Shown here in pieces: positions 17,755-28,081 of a stretch of 64,000 nt of DNA. Each line of letters opens with the position of its first letter. Position 1 is the stretch's first letter. Source of the DNA: Vicinamibacteria bacterium (GTDB lineage Bacteria > Acidobacteriota > Vicinamibacteria > Marinacidobacterales > Marinacidobacteraceae); contig OZ241322.1 in NCBI GenBank assembly GCA_965199715.1, positions 1,120,001 through 1,184,000 of the forward strand, in the 5' to 3' direction. The translations under genes and the position numbers were made by a program. The notes under the pieces were generated by a model. It had not been told where the DNA came from. It worked only from the letters and a program-made list of their open reading frames with translations, and ran no database searches.

Positions 17755-19821
17755 ATGGGCGCCTACGAGACGAATGACATCCGCAACGTGATCGTCGCCG
17801 GCCACGGGACGGCCGGGAAGACCACGCTGGTTTCCGCGCTGCTCCATGCCGCGGGCGCGGCGAACCGCCTCGCCCGGGTCGAGGACGGGAACACGACGAC
17901 GGACTACGACGAGGAGGAGATCGAGCGCGGAATCAGTCTCAGCGCCGCCCTCGCCCACTGCGAGTGGAGCGGCGCCAAGCTGAACCTGATCGACACGCCG
18001 GGCTACAGCAACTTCATCACCGAGGCGCGGCTCGCGGCCCCGGTGGCCGACGCGATGCTGATCGCGGTCTGCGCGAGCGACGGGGTCTCGGTGAACACGG
18101 AGCGCGTGTGGCGGTTCGCCGAGGAGGGTCGGCTCGGGGCCGTGCTCGCAGTGACCCGCATGGACCGGGAGCGGGCGTCGTTCTCCGGCGCCGTGGCGCA
18201 GATCCAGAACGCGTTCGGGCGCTCCGCCGTGCCCATCCAGATCCCGATCGGCGAGGGCGAGGACTTCCGCGGCGTCGTGGACCTGATCCGCGGCCGGGCG
18301 ATTCTCGGGCCGGGACCGGACGGCGGCGCGCCCGAGGTCGTGGAGATTCCCGCGGATCTGGCGGACGCCGCCGAGGAGGCGCGCGCCGAGCTCATGGAGC
18401 TGATCGCCGAGTCCGACGAGACGCTGCTGGACCTGTTCTTCGACGAGGGAGAGCTGAGCGAGGAGCAGATGGTCGGGGGGCTGAGGACCGCGGTCGCCGC
18501 CCGGCAGGTCTTTCCGATCGCGGCCGCCTGCGGCGGGCGCAACCTCGGAACCACCGCGCTGCTGGACCTGCTCGTCCATTCGTGTCCGGATCCGACCGGA
18601 CGGGGAGCCCTTCCCGGCGTGGACGAGAACGGCGAGCCGGCGGAGCGGGCCGTCGATGGCGACGCGCCGACCAGCATCTACGTGTTCAAGACGATCGCCG
18701 ATCCGTTCGCGGGCCGGTTGAACCTGTTCCGGGTGATGAGCGGGCGGCTCAGGGCGGACGCGACGCTCGCGAACCTCGCGAGCGGCGAATCGGAGCGGCT
18801 CGGCGGCCTGAACACGATGAACGGGAAGACGATGGAGCCCGTGACGGAGCTCGCCGCCGGCGATCTCGGCTGCGTCGCCAAGCTGAAGGGCACCGGCACT
18901 GGCGACACGCTCGCCGACGGCGGCGGAACCCGCTTCGTGCGTCCCGAGATCCCGCGTCCGGTCATCAGCTTCGCGGTGATTCCGAAGTCGCGCGGCGACG
19001 AGGACCGGATCTCGGGGGCGCTCCAGCGCCTCGCCGAGGAGGATCTGACGCTCAAGTACGCCCGCGACATGGAGCTTCTCCTGTCGGGATCGGGACAGCT
19101 TCACATCGAGGTCATCGTCTCCCGGATGAAGCGCCGGTTCGGCGTGGAGGTGGAGCTTCGCCGGCCCCGGGTGCCGTACCGGGAGACGATCACGAGGACC
19201 GCGGACGCGCACGGACGCCACAAGAAACAGAGCGGCGGCCACGGCCAGTTCGCCGATTGCCACGTCCGGGTGGAGCCGCTCGAGCGCGGCGGCGACTTCG
19301 AGTTCGCGAGCGAGATCGTCGGCGGATCGATTCCGCGCCAGTACATCCCGGCGATCGAGAAGGGGTTTCAGGAGGCCCGGCGGAAGGGCGTCCTCGCCGG
19401 GCACCCGGTGGTGGACTTCAAGGCGACCGTGTTCGACGGCAAGTTCCACGCGGTGGACTCCTCGGAGATCGCGTTCAAGATCGCGGCCTCGCTCGCCTTC
19501 AAGGACGCCATGACCAAATGCGGCCCGGTGCTTCTGGAGCCGATCATGTCGGTCGAGATCCAGATTCCCGAGGACTCCACCGGCGACGTGCTGGGCGACC
19601 TGAACTCGAGGCGCGGGCGGACGCAGGGGATGGAACAGAAGAACGGCCAGACCCACATCACCGCGCAGGCCCCGATGGCGGAGATGCTGACCTACGAGCC
19701 GACGCTGACCTCGCTCACCGGCGGACGCGGCGGGTTCCACATGGATTTCTCGCACTACGACCCGGTTCCGGGGAACCTGAGCAAGGCCATCATCGAGGCG
19801 GCGCAGGCGAAGGACCGATGA
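17755..19821 (+). CDS. Elongation factor G-like protein (EF-G2)
   Basis: GHGTAGKTT, DTPGYSNF, TRMD in place of [36 protein letters not shown]; paralog of fusA at 35584. Confidence 0.93.
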   Translation: MGAYETNDIRNVIVAGHGTAGKTTLVSALLHAAGAANRLARVEDGNTTTDYDEEEIERGISLSAALAHCEWSGAKLNLIDTPGYSNFITEARLAAPVADAMLIAVCASDGVSVNTERVWRFAEEGRLGAVLAVTRMDRERASFSGAVAQIQNAFGRSAVPIQIPIGEGEDFRGVVDLIRGRAILGPGPDGGAPEVVEIPADLADAAEEARAELMELIAESDETLLDLFFDEGELSEEQMVGGLRTAVAARQVFPIAAACGGRNLGTTALLDLLVHSCPDPTGRGALPGVDENGEPAERAVDGDAPTSIYVFKTIADPFAGRLNLFRVMSGRLRADATLANLASGESERLGGLNTMNGKTMEPVTELAAGDLGCVAKLKGTGTGDTLADGGGTRFVRPEIPRPVISFAVIPKSRGDEDRISGALQRLAEEDLTLKYARDMELLLSGSGQLHIEVIVSRMKRRFGVEVELRRPRVPYRETITRTADAHGRHKKQSGGHGQFADCHVRVEPLERGGDFEFASEIVGGSIPRQYIPAIEKGFQEARRKGVLAGHPVVDFKATVFDGKFHAVDSSEIAFKIAASLAFKDAMTKCGPVLLEPIMSVEIQIPEDSTGDVLGDLNSRRGRTQGMEQKNGQTHITAQAPMAEMLTYEPTLTSLTGGRGGFHMDFSHYDPVPGNLSKAIIEAAQAKDR

Positions 19822-20591
19822 CCGGACGCCTCGCGCTGACGCTCGGCCTCGCGCTCGCCGCCGCCGCGTGCGGCTCCGACCCGACCGCTCCGGCCCCGCC
19901 GCTCCTGGTGGTCCCGGCGCCGCTGCCGGAACCGGCGCCCGCTCCCGAGCCCGGCCCCGAGCCGGAACCGGAGCCCGATCCGTCGTGCGCGGCGCCGGCC
20001 CGCTACGAAGCCGTGCTCGAGGCGATATGGGATGCGACCACGCACGGGAACGAGCCGCCCTTCCCGCTGAGCGCGCACTTCTCGCGAGTGGTCGGGGCGA
20101 CCCATCTCGAGGACGTCTCGTTCTGGGCCCGGGGCGACGTCGCCTCGCCGGGCGTCGAGGTCATGGCCGAGACCGGGGGCGTCGGAACGCTCTGCCAGGA
20201 GATCCGCGGCGTGTCCGACCAGGGCCGGAGCAGCACGTGCATCAGCGGCGGCGAGGCCTCGTTCCCGTCGCCCGGCCGGCAGCGGTTCGACTTCAACGTG
20301 GATCCGGCGCAGCCGTTCGTGACGTTCGTCTCGATGATCGCTCCCAGCCCCGACTGGTTCGTGGGGGTGAGCGGATACGACCTGATGGACGAGGACGGCT
20401 GCTGGAGGGACCGGGTCCGCATCAACCTGATCGGCTACGACGCCGGGACCGACCGCGGCTCGAGCTTCCTCGCCCGCAACGCCGACGCGACGCCGCACGA
20501 GCCCATCGGGCTGATCGAGGAACTGCCGTCCGACGTGCGGACGGAGCCGTTCGCGCGGCTGATCCTGACTCCGCTGGATCCGCCGCAGTAG
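19818..20591 (+). CDS. Spondin_N (F-spondin/mindin) domain lipoprotein
   Basis: Lipobox LAAAAC, Pro-Glu linker, AHFSRVVGATH, ASPGVEVMAETG, SMIAPSPDWFVGV, YDAGTD; ATGA overlap with EF-G2. Confidence 0.88.
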   Translation: MTGRLALTLGLALAAAACGSDPTAPAPPLLVVPAPLPEPAPAPEPGPEPEPEPDPSCAAPARYEAVLEAIWDATTHGNEPPFPLSAHFSRVVGATHLEDVSFWARGDVASPGVEVMAETGGVGTLCQEIRGVSDQGRSSTCISGGEASFPSPGRQRFDFNVDPAQPFVTFVSMIAPSPDWFVGVSGYDLMDEDGCWRDRVRINLIGYDAGTDRGSSFLARNADATPHEPIGLIEELPSDVRTEPFARLILTPLDPPQ

Positions 20592-20598
20592 TCCCGCG

Positions 20599-20970
20599 CT
20601 ACTCGGCCCCCGTCTCTCCCTCGACCCACTCGATCCGGGCCATCGGCGCTCCGTCGCCCTTGCGCGGGCCGAGCTTCAGGATGCGGGTGTAGCCGCCGGG
20701 GCGGGACTCGAAGCGCGGGGCGACCTCGCTGAAGAGGCGCGCGACCACGTGCCGGTGAGGAAGGATCTGGAGCGCCCGCCGGCGCGCCGCGAGATGGCCG
20801 CGGCGGCCCAGCGTGACCAGCTTCTCGACGAAGGGGCGCAGTTCCTTGGCCTTCGCCAGCGTGGTGGAGAGGTGGCCGTGGGTGATGAGGCTGATCGACA
20901 GGTTCCGCAGCAGCGCGATCCGGTGGGCGGCGTCGCGGCCGAGTTTCCGGTGGCCCATGCGGTGCCGCAT
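20599..20970 (-). CDS. rplQ: 50S ribosomal protein L17
   Basis: MRHRMGHRKLGR...TTLAKAKELR...RPGGYTRI...RKGDGA. Confidence 0.97.
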   Translation of the reverse strand: MRHRMGHRKLGRDAAHRIALLRNLSISLITHGHLSTTLAKAKELRPFVEKLVTLGRRGHLAARRRALQILPHRHVVARLFSEVAPRFESRPGGYTRILKLGPRKGDGAPMARIEWVEGETGAE

Positions 20971-21923
20971 CAGTGGTTCACTCCCATGCCGAGGCGCAGG
21001 TCCATGTTCGCGAGAACCCGCGAGATCTCGTCGATGCTCTTCCGGCCGATGTTCCGCTCCTTGAGGAGGTCCTTGTCGGACTTCAGGACCAGCTCGCCGA
21101 CCGTGGCGATGTGGGCGTTCTTGAGGCCGTTGAAGGCCCGGATCGAGAGCTGCTCGGAGAGATCCTCGATGCTCGTGTAGCGGTGCCGCTCGAAGGCGAC
21201 CTGATCCGGGTTCACCGGCGCGACGAGCTCGTCGGCGCCGACGTCCTCGCCGACGAAGATGCCGAGCATCTCCCGCAGCAGCCGGGACGCGACGCCGAGC
21301 GCGTCGAGCGGGGTCACCGAGCCGTCGGTGTGGAGCTCGAGCAGCAGCTTGTCGAAGTCGGTGTTCTGGCCGATCCGGGCCGGCTCGACCTTGTAGTTCA
21401 CCTTGCACACGGGCGAATGGGTCGAGTCCACCGGGATGAACCCGACCTCGGCGACGTCCTGGCGGTTCTGCTCGGCGGGGACGTGCCCGCGGGCGTTGCG
21501 GACGAGCATCTCCACGTTCAGCTCGCCCTCGTCGGTGAGCGTCGCGATGGGAACGTCGGGGTCGAGCACTTCCACGTTGTGGTCGGTCTGGATGTCCCCG
21601 GACGTGACCGGTCCCGGTTTCCTGGTCTTGATTCGCACGGTGCGGACCTGCGGCCCGTGCACGCGCAGCGGAACCCGCTTCAGGTTCAGGATGATGTCGA
21701 GCGTGTCTTCCTTGACGCCCTGGATGGTCGAGAGCTCGTGGGGCACGCCCTCGAACTTGACCGCGGTCACCGCGGCGCCCTCGATGGACGAGATCAGGAC
21801 CCGACGGAGGGCGTTGCCGACGGTGACGCCGTAGCCCCGCTCGAACGGGTGGGCCGAGAAGCGGCCGAAACTGGCGTTGCTCTCCTCGACGGTGAGGCCT
21901 CGCGGCCGCTGCAATTCGGGCAT
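20970..21923 (-). CDS. rpoA: RNA polymerase subunit alpha
   Basis: PFERGYGVTVGNALRRVL, GVKED, alpha-CTD. Confidence 0.97.
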   Translation of the reverse strand: MPELQRPRGLTVEESNASFGRFSAHPFERGYGVTVGNALRRVLISSIEGAAVTAVKFEGVPHELSTIQGVKEDTLDIILNLKRVPLRVHGPQVRTVRIKTRKPGPVTSGDIQTDHNVEVLDPDVPIATLTDEGELNVEMLVRNARGHVPAEQNRQDVAEVGFIPVDSTHSPVCKVNYKVEPARIGQNTDFDKLLLELHTDGSVTPLDALGVASRLLREMLGIFVGEDVGADELVAPVNPDQVAFERHRYTSIEDLSEQLSIRAFNGLKNAHIATVGELVLKSDKDLLKERNIGRKSIDEISRVLANMDLRLGMGVNH

Positions 21924-21944
21924 GGTGCCGTTCCTCGCTGTTCC

Positions 21945-22577
21945 CTAGCGCGAGTACAGCTCGACGATGAGCTGCTCGCGGATCTTGAGCTGGGGGTCCT
22001 CGCCGGTGGGCAAGGCGGTCACGACGCCGGTCGCGGCGTCCTCGACGTTGCGCTGAAGCCAGTCGGGCGCCGGACGGGACTCGAGGGCCTCCATGATCGC
22101 CTTGAAGAAGTCCTTCTTCCGCGTTCGTTCGCGGATGCCGACCACGTCGCCCCGGTCCACGACGTAGGACGGGACGTCCACCCGCTTCCCGTTGACCTGG
22201 ACGTGTCCGTGGCGGACGAAGAGCCGCGCCGCCGGACGCGAGGAAGCGTAGCCCAACCGGTACACGACGTTGTCGAGCCGCCGCTCCAGCAACTGGAGCA
22301 GCGCGGCGCCGGTGACGGCGCGTTCGCGCTCCGCCCGCTCGAAGCAGAGGCGGAACTGGCTCTCGAGAAGCCCGTAGGCGCGCTTGGCCTTCTGCTTCTC
22401 GCGCAACTGCAGGCCGTACCCCTGCACCCGCCCGCGCCGCGACTTGCCGTGCTGGCCGGGGGCGAAGTTGCGCTTCTCGATGGCGCACTTCGGGCTCTGG
22501 CAGCGATCGCCCTTCAGAAAAAGCTTGGCGCCCTCCCGCCGGCAAAGCCGGCAGACGGGACCTCGATATCTGGCCAA
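21945..22577 (-). CDS. rpsD: 30S ribosomal protein S4
   Basis: ARYRGPVCRLCRREG, QLREKQK, LERRLDNVVYR, IVELYSR. Confidence 0.97.
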   Translation of the reverse strand: MARYRGPVCRLCRREGAKLFLKGDRCQSPKCAIEKRNFAPGQHGKSRRGRVQGYGLQLREKQKAKRAYGLLESQFRLCFERAERERAVTGAALLQLLERRLDNVVYRLGYASSRPAARLFVRHGHVQVNGKRVDVPSYVVDRGDVVGIRERTRKKDFFKAIMEALESRPAPDWLQRNVEDAATGVVTALPTGEDPQLKIREQLIVELYSR

Positions 22578-22587
22578 ACTCGACCTC

Positions 22588-22986
22588 CTAGTTCCGGCGC
22601 CGCTTCGGCGGCCGGCACCCGTTGTGCGGAATCGGGGTCACGTCCTTGATGGACCGGATCGCGATCCCGGCGGCGTCCACGGCGCGGATGGCGGCCTCGC
22701 GCCCCGCCCCCGGTCCGCGGACGCGGACGTCCACGTGCGAGCAGCCGAGCGAGCGGGCCTCGCGGGCCGCGGCCCCCGCCGCCTGCTGGGCGGCGAACGG
22801 CGTCTGCTTCCGCGAGCCGCGGAAGCCCTGCGCTCCGGCGCTGGACCAGCAGACGACGTTCCCCGCGGGATCGGCGAACGTGATGATGGTGTTGTGGTAC
22901 GTCGCGTGGATGGACACGACGCCGGCGGTCAGCGTCCGCCGCTCGCGGCGCTTGGCGGCGCGGCGCTTCGCTTTCTTCTTGGCCAT
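22588..22986 (-). CDS. rpsK: 30S ribosomal protein S11
   Basis: [24 protein letters not shown]. Confidence 0.97.
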   Translation of the reverse strand: MAKKKAKRRAAKRRERRTLTAGVVSIHATYHNTIITFADPAGNVVCWSSAGAQGFRGSRKQTPFAAQQAAGAAAREARSLGCSHVDVRVRGPGAGREAAIRAVDAAGIAIRSIKDVTPIPHNGCRPPKRRRN

Positions 22987-22992
22987 GATGCC

Positions 22993-23343
22993 CTAGCGGC
23001 GGCGCGGTCCGCGGCGGGTCCGCGCGTTGGTCTTGGTGCGCTGGCCTCGGGCGGGGAGTCCCCGCCGGTGGCGCAGGCCCCGGTAACAGCCGATGTCCAT
23101 GAGCCGCTTCAGGTCCATGGACAGACGCTTCCTGAGATCTCCCTCGACCGCGCCCTCCTCGTCGAGGATGCGGCTGATCTGGCTGACCTCGTCCTGGCTC
23201 AGCTCGCTGATCCGACGCGATCCGTCGATCCCGGCGCGCTCGAGGATGACCTCCGAGCGATGCCGCCCGATCCCGAAGATGCGGGTCAGTCCGATGTCCA
23301 CCCGCTTGGCGGGCGGCAGATCAACGCCGGCGATGCGAGCCAT
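22993..23343 (-). CDS. rpsM: 30S ribosomal protein S13
   Basis: [32 protein letters not shown]. Confidence 0.97.
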   Translation of the reverse strand: MARIAGVDLPPAKRVDIGLTRIFGIGRHRSEVILERAGIDGSRRISELSQDEVSQISRILDEEGAVEGDLRKRLSMDLKRLMDIGCYRGLRHRRGLPARGQRTKTNARTRRGPRRR

Positions 23344-23370
23344 GGCGGCCTCCCGTTCGGGTCATGAGCG

Positions 23371-23484
23371 TCATCCCTGGCGCTGCTTGTGGCGCGGGTT
23401 CTCGCAGATCACCCGCACCACCCGGCGGCGGCGGACGATCTTGCACTTCGCGCAGATGCGACGGACCGATGCACGTACCTTCAC
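23371..23484 (-). CDS. rpmJ: 50S ribosomal protein L36 (zinc-binding form)
   Basis: Hand translation from GTG: [37 protein letters not shown]; below the ORF-track size cut-off. Confidence 0.95.
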   Translation of the reverse strand: MKVRASVRRICAKCKIVRRRRVVRVICENPRHKQRQG

Positions 23485-23493
23485 TGTCGCCTC

Positions 23494-23715
23494 CTACTTG
23501 CACCGATAGACGATGCGCCCGCGGGTCAGGTCGTAGGGCGAGAGCTCCACGAGCACCCGGTCCCCGGGCAGGACCTTGATGAAGCTCTTGCGCATCTTGC
23601 CTGACACGTGGGCGAGGACCTGATGGTCCCCGGTGTCGAGCTTCACTCGAAACATGGCGTTCGGCAGCGGCTCCATGACCACCGCCTCAACCGAGATGGC
23701 GTCTTCCTTCGACAA
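23494..23715 (-). CDS. infA: Translation initiation factor IF-1
   Basis: [25 protein letters not shown]. Confidence 0.97.
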   Translation of the reverse strand: MSKEDAISVEAVVMEPLPNAMFRVKLDTGDHQVLAHVSGKMRKSFIKVLPGDRVLVELSPYDLTRGRIVYRCK

Positions 23716-24493
23716 TGGGTTCCCCTTGTTGGACGGCCCGGGCGCCGCGGGGCTCGCAGAGCACCCACGGGCCGGACTCGGTGATGGCGATGGACCGTTC
23801 GAAATGGGCCGACAGGCTGCCGTCGGAAGTGACGACCGTCCAGCCGTCGCGCTTCGCGGCGACCTCGGGACCGCCGCAGTTCACCATCGGCTCGATCGCC
23901 ATGACGTCGCCGGCGGCCAGCCTGGCTCCCTGTCCCGGCGCGCCGAAATTGGGGACCCACGGCTCCATGTGGAGACTGGTCCCCACGCCGTGGCCGCCAT
24001 ATTCGCGCACGACCGAGTAGCCGTGCCGCTCGGCCCACGTCTGGACGGCGTGGCCGATGTCGGAAACCCGCCCGCCGGGACGGGCCATCTCGATGCCGGC
24101 GTACAGCGACTCCTCGGTGACCTTGAGCAGCCGGGCGGCCTCGTCGGAGATCGCGCCCACGGGGACGGTCATGGCGTTGTCGCCGTAGTAGCCGTCCACG
24201 ATGCAGCCGAAGTCGAGGCTGACGACGTCGCCTTCCTTGAGCCGCCGCCAGCGGGACGGAATCCCGTGGACGACCTCGTCGTTGACCGAAACGCACAGGC
24301 ACGCGGGGAAGCCCCGATACCCCTTGAAGGCGGGCGGCACCCGGTGCCGCTTCAGGTTCCCGGCGGCGATGCGGTCGAGCTGCGCGGTGGTCATGCCAGG
24401 CTCGATCCGCTCCCGGATCAGCTTGAGCGTCTCCACGGTGATCGCGTTCGCCTGGTGCAGCTTGTCCAGCTCGGCGTCGGTGCGGGGGATCAC
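23687..24493 (-). CDS. map: Methionine aminopeptidase type I
   Basis: [32 protein letters not shown]. Confidence 0.96.
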   Translation of the reverse strand: MIPRTDAELDKLHQANAITVETLKLIRERIEPGMTTAQLDRIAAGNLKRHRVPPAFKGYRGFPACLCVSVNDEVVHGIPSRWRRLKEGDVVSLDFGCIVDGYYGDNAMTVPVGAISDEAARLLKVTEESLYAGIEMARPGGRVSDIGHAVQTWAERHGYSVVREYGGHGVGTSLHMEPWVPNFGAPGQGARLAAGDVMAIEPMVNCGGPEVAAKRDGWTVVTSDGSLSAHFERSIAITESGPWVLCEPRGARAVQQGEPIVEGRRHLG

Positions 24494-25062
24494 GCCGGAA
24501 CCTCCGTTTCCTGGAGGGCGGAGCGCAGCCGCCGGGCGATCTCCTCGGGGGCCCCCACGCCGTCGATCTCGGCGAGGTCGTCCCGGTAGTGGTCGAGGAG
24601 GGGACGGGTCTGCGCCTCGTACACGTCGAGCCGCGCCTCGAAGGCGCTTTCGGAGTCGTCCTGCCGGCCTTCCTCGAGGCGGCGGCCGCGGATGCGGGCG
24701 ACGAGCTCCTCCCGGGGCACCGCGAGGTTCAGGACGGCGCTCCGGGCGCCGAGCCGGTCGAGCGCGCCGCCGAGCGCCTCGGCCTGCGCCCCGGTGCGGG
24801 GGAACCCGTCGAGCACGGCCCCGCGCTCGCAGTCGCTGCGGGAGAGGCGCTCCTCCATGATCCCGATCATCGTGGGATCGTCCACGAGCTTCCCGGCGGC
24901 CATGACCTCGCGCGCCCGGCGCCCGAGCTCGGAGTCGCCCGCCGCCGCCTCGCGCAGGATGACGCCGGTGGAGACGTGCGGGATCCCGAGATCGCGCGCC
25001 AGGCCGGCGGCCTGGGTGCCCTTGCCCGCGCCCGGGGGGCCGAGCAGGATGATCGCGAGCAC
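24490..25062 (-). CDS. adk: Adenylate kinase (short LID)
   Basis: GPPGAGKGTQ, STG, LDGFPRT. Confidence 0.96.
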   Translation of the reverse strand: MLAIILLGPPGAGKGTQAAGLARDLGIPHVSTGVILREAAAGDSELGRRAREVMAAGKLVDDPTMIGIMEERLSRSDCERGAVLDGFPRTGAQAEALGGALDRLGARSAVLNLAVPREELVARIRGRRLEEGRQDDSESAFEARLDVYEAQTRPLLDHYRDDLAEIDGVGAPEEIARRLRSALQETEVPA

Positions 25063-25063
25063 G

Positions 25064-26446
25064 TCAGCGCCGCCCCCGGACCCGTCCGCGCTTCAGGAAC
25101 CCGTCGTAGTTCCGCATGATGAGCTGGCTTTCGACCTGTTGCGCGGTGTCCATCGCGACGCCCACCACGATGAGGAGCGAGGTCCCCCCGAAGTAGAACT
25201 GGATCCCGAAGCCCTGGGTCACGAACGCGGGCAGCATCGACTCGAGCCACGGGCCGATGACCGGCAGCGGCCCGACGTTGAAGCCGCCAATGAGGAAGTC
25301 GGGCAGCACCGAGACGGCGGACAGGTAGAGCGCGCCGACGAAGGTGAGCCGGGTCAGGACCGAGTCGAGGTAGCGGGCGGTCTTGCGGCCCGGGCGGATG
25401 CCGGGGATGTAGCCGCCGCTCTTTCGCATGTTGTCGGCCACGTCCTCGGGCTTGAAGACGATCGCGGTATAGAAGTAGCAGAAGAAGATGATCGCGGTGA
25501 CGTACAGCAGCGTGTACAGCGGCATGCCGAAGCTGAGCTGCTGCACGATGGCCGACATCCAGCGGCTTCCCTGGAAGACCGAGGCGAAGGTCTGCGGGAG
25601 CGCGATGATGGACGCGGCGAAGATCACCGGGATCACGCCGCCGGTGTTGATCTTGAGCGGGATGTGGGTCGCCTGCCCCTGGTACATCCGCCGGCCCACG
25701 AACCGCTTGGCGTACTGGACCGGAATCCGCCGCTGGCCGCGCTCGACGAGGACGATGAACGCGAGCACCCCGACCATGAAGGCGAGGAGCGCCAGCACCG
25801 CGAGGATCGAGCGCTGCCCGAGGCTGATCTCGCTGAAGGTGGTCAGGATCGCGGACGGGAAGGCCACGACGATGCCCGCGAAGATGAGCAGCGACATGCC
25901 GTTGCCGATGCCGCGCTCGGTGATCTGCTCGCCGAGCCACATCACGAACACGGTGCCGGCGGTCATCGTGATCACCGTCATCAGGGTGAACGCGACGCCG
26001 GGATCGGGGACGAGCTGCATGCCCTCGCCGAGCGTCTGGCTCTGGAGGAAGATCGCGATGCCCGCCGACTGGATCACCGCGAGGATGACCGTGCCGTAGC
26101 GGGTGTACTGGGTGATCTTCTTCCGGCCGAGGTCGCCTTCCTTGCTGAGCCGCTCGAGGTAGGGCCACACGAGCGTCAGCAACTGCAGGATGATGGACGC
26201 GGTGATGTACGGCATGATGCCGAGCGCGAACACCGTCACCTGCGAGAGGTTGCCGCCGGAGAACATGTCGGCGAACCCGAACCACGTGCCCCGGTTCTGC
26301 TCGAAGAACTCCACGAGCGCCCGCGGATCGACTCCGGGGGTCGGGACGTGGCTGCCGAGGCGGTACACCGCGAGAATCCCGAGGGTGAACAGGATCCGAT
26401 TCCGGAGGTCCGGAATCCGGGCGATCCGCCGCAGGCTGTCGATCAT
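25064..26446 (-). CDS. secY: Preprotein translocase subunit SecY
   Basis: ALGIMPYITASII, WLGEQITERGIGNG, IPGIRPG, FGGTSLLIVV. Confidence 0.98.
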   Translation of the reverse strand: MIDSLRRIARIPDLRNRILFTLGILAVYRLGSHVPTPGVDPRALVEFFEQNRGTWFGFADMFSGGNLSQVTVFALGIMPYITASIILQLLTLVWPYLERLSKEGDLGRKKITQYTRYGTVILAVIQSAGIAIFLQSQTLGEGMQLVPDPGVAFTLMTVITMTAGTVFVMWLGEQITERGIGNGMSLLIFAGIVVAFPSAILTTFSEISLGQRSILAVLALLAFMVGVLAFIVLVERGQRRIPVQYAKRFVGRRMYQGQATHIPLKINTGGVIPVIFAASIIALPQTFASVFQGSRWMSAIVQQLSFGMPLYTLLYVTAIIFFCYFYTAIVFKPEDVADNMRKSGGYIPGIRPGRKTARYLDSVLTRLTFVGALYLSAVSVLPDFLIGGFNVGPLPVIGPWLESMLPAFVTQGFGIQFYFGGTSLLIVVGVAMDTAQQVESQLIMRNYDGFLKRGRVRGRR

Positions 26447-26448
26447 CG

Positions 26449-26931
26449 TCAGACGGCCTCGAGCACGACCGCGGTTCCGCCCGCGGCCTCGATCTTCCGG
26501 CGGGCGCTGGCGCTGAAGGCGTGGGCCTCGACCGTGAGGCCGCGGTCGATCTCGCCGTCGCCGAGCACCTTGTAGCGGAACGGGCGCGACGAGGCGATCG
26601 CGTCGTCCCGGACGTGGGCGTTGCGCAGCACCCGGGCCTTGACGAGGTCGATTCCGGTGACGGTGGCGCCGGCCTCGAACCGGGCGAGATCGGCGACGTG
26701 GACCACCGCGTACTCGCGGCGGAACTTGTTGTGGAAGCCGCGCTTCGGAACGCGCCGGATGAGCGGCATCTGGCCGCCCTCGAAGCCGCGCCGGAGCGAG
26801 TAGCCGGAGCGCGACTTCGCGCCCTTGTGGCCCCGCCCGCTGGTCTTGCCCGCGCCCGACCCCGGGCCGCGCCCGACGCGCTTGCGGGGACGGACCGCGC
26901 CTTCGGCCGGACTGAGTTCGTGAAGGCTCAT
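26449..26931 (-). CDS. rplO: 50S ribosomal protein L15
   Basis: [23 protein letters not shown]. Confidence 0.96.
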   Translation of the reverse strand: MSLHELSPAEGAVRPRKRVGRGPGSGAGKTSGRGHKGAKSRSGYSLRRGFEGGQMPLIRRVPKRGFHNKFRREYAVVHVADLARFEAGATVTGIDLVKARVLRNAHVRDDAIASSRPFRYKVLGDGEIDRGLTVEAHAFSASARRKIEAAGGTAVVLEAV

Positions 26932-27140
26932 GCCGATCCTTCCCCCTCGACCACGCGCACCAGATGGGGCACCTTGCGGATCATTCCGCGGGTCATCGCG
27001 TTGTCCGGACGCACCGCCGAGCTGCCGACGCGCCGCAGCCCGAGGCCGCGCACGACCTCCCGCTGGTACTTCGTCGAGCCGGCGAGGCCGCGCACGAGGC
27101 GCACGGTCACGGTGGGGCGGTCTTCCGCTTGCGCGCTCAC
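26928..27140 (-). CDS. rpmD: 50S ribosomal protein L30
   Basis: LGLRR...[11 protein letters not shown]; position in spc operon. Confidence 0.93.
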   Translation of the reverse strand: MSAQAEDRPTVTVRLVRGLAGSTKYQREVVRGLGLRRVGSSAVRPDNAMTRGMIRKVPHLVRVVEGEGSA

Positions 27141-27691
27141 GCCCGGATCTCCGCCTCGATCTCGCTCGCGTCCTTGCCCCGCAGCTCGGCGACGGCGGCG
27201 GCGGAGCGGAGCGAGAGCAATCCCCGCATGGTCGCCTCGACCACGTTCTTCGGGTTCGTGGTTCCGAGCGACTTGGTCAGGATGTCCTTGATCCCCGCGA
27301 GCTCGATGACCGCGCGGACCGCGCCGCCGGCGATCACGCCGGTTCCTTCGGACGCGGGCTTGAGCAGCACCCGTCCGGCGCCGAAGACCCCGACCACCTG
27401 ATGGGCGATCGTCGTGCCGACGCGGGGGATGGGCTTCAGGTTCTTCTTGGCGATCTCGATCCCCTTCTTGATCGCCGACGGCACCTCGCGGGCCTTGCCG
27501 AGGCCGAAGCCAACCTTGCCGTTCTCGTTGCCGACGACCACGAGCACCGAGAAGGACAGGTTCTTGCCGCCCTTGACCACCTTGGTGACCCGGTTGATGA
27601 AGACGACCTTGTCCTTGAGCTCCGGATCTCCGGTCCGCTCAAGCTGGGTGTTGCGAGGGCCCCTCGGGGACCGCCGTCCGCCCGAATCCAT
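27137..27691 (-). CDS. rpsE: 30S ribosomal protein S5
   Basis: [30 protein letters not shown]; start at ATG 27691. Confidence 0.96.
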   Translation of the reverse strand: MDSGGRRSPRGPRNTQLERTGDPELKDKVVFINRVTKVVKGGKNLSFSVLVVVGNENGKVGFGLGKAREVPSAIKKGIEIAKKNLKPIPRVGTTIAHQVVGVFGAGRVLLKPASEGTGVIAGGAVRAVIELAGIKDILTKSLGTTNPKNVVEATMRGLLSLRSAAAVAELRGKDASEIEAEIRA

Positions 27692-27693
27692 GC

Positions 27694-28059
27694 TCAGCAC
27701 CGGACTCCTCCTTCGCGCACCGCGTCCGCGAGCGCCTTGACCCGGCCGTGGTAGAGACATCCTCCGCGGTCGAAAACCACCTGCTGGAGTCCGGCGGAGC
27801 GCAGCCGGCCGGCGATGGCCGATCCGACCCGGGCCGCGCCGGCGACGTTCCCGCCCTTCGCGCCGTCTTGGGGCAGCTCGGTCTCGAGGCTGGAGGCCGC
27901 GGCCAGCGTCCTCCCGTTCACGTCATCCACGACCTGGGCGTAGATGTGCTTGAGCGACCGGTACACCGAGAGCCGCGGACGCTCCGGCGTGCCGGACACC
28001 TTCCTGCGGACGCGCGCGTGGATGCGCCGGCGCACCTGCCGACGAGTCATGTTGGCCAT
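27694..28059 (-). CDS. rplR: 50S ribosomal protein L18
   Basis: [26 protein letters not shown]. Confidence 0.96.
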   Translation of the reverse strand: MANMTRRQVRRRIHARVRRKVSGTPERPRLSVYRSLKHIYAQVVDDVNGRTLAAASSLETELPQDGAKGGNVAGAARVGSAIAGRLRSAGLQQVVFDRGGCLYHGRVKALADAVREGGVRC

Positions 28060-28081
28060 TTCGAATCCTTCGGCTCCCCGG

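Noticed and set aside
19890-19985. Short repeats (gagccg / gaaccg) resembling a tandem repeat or CRISPR
   Set aside because: They encode the Pro-Glu linker of the spondin lipoprotein; no repeat-spacer structure and no cas genes.
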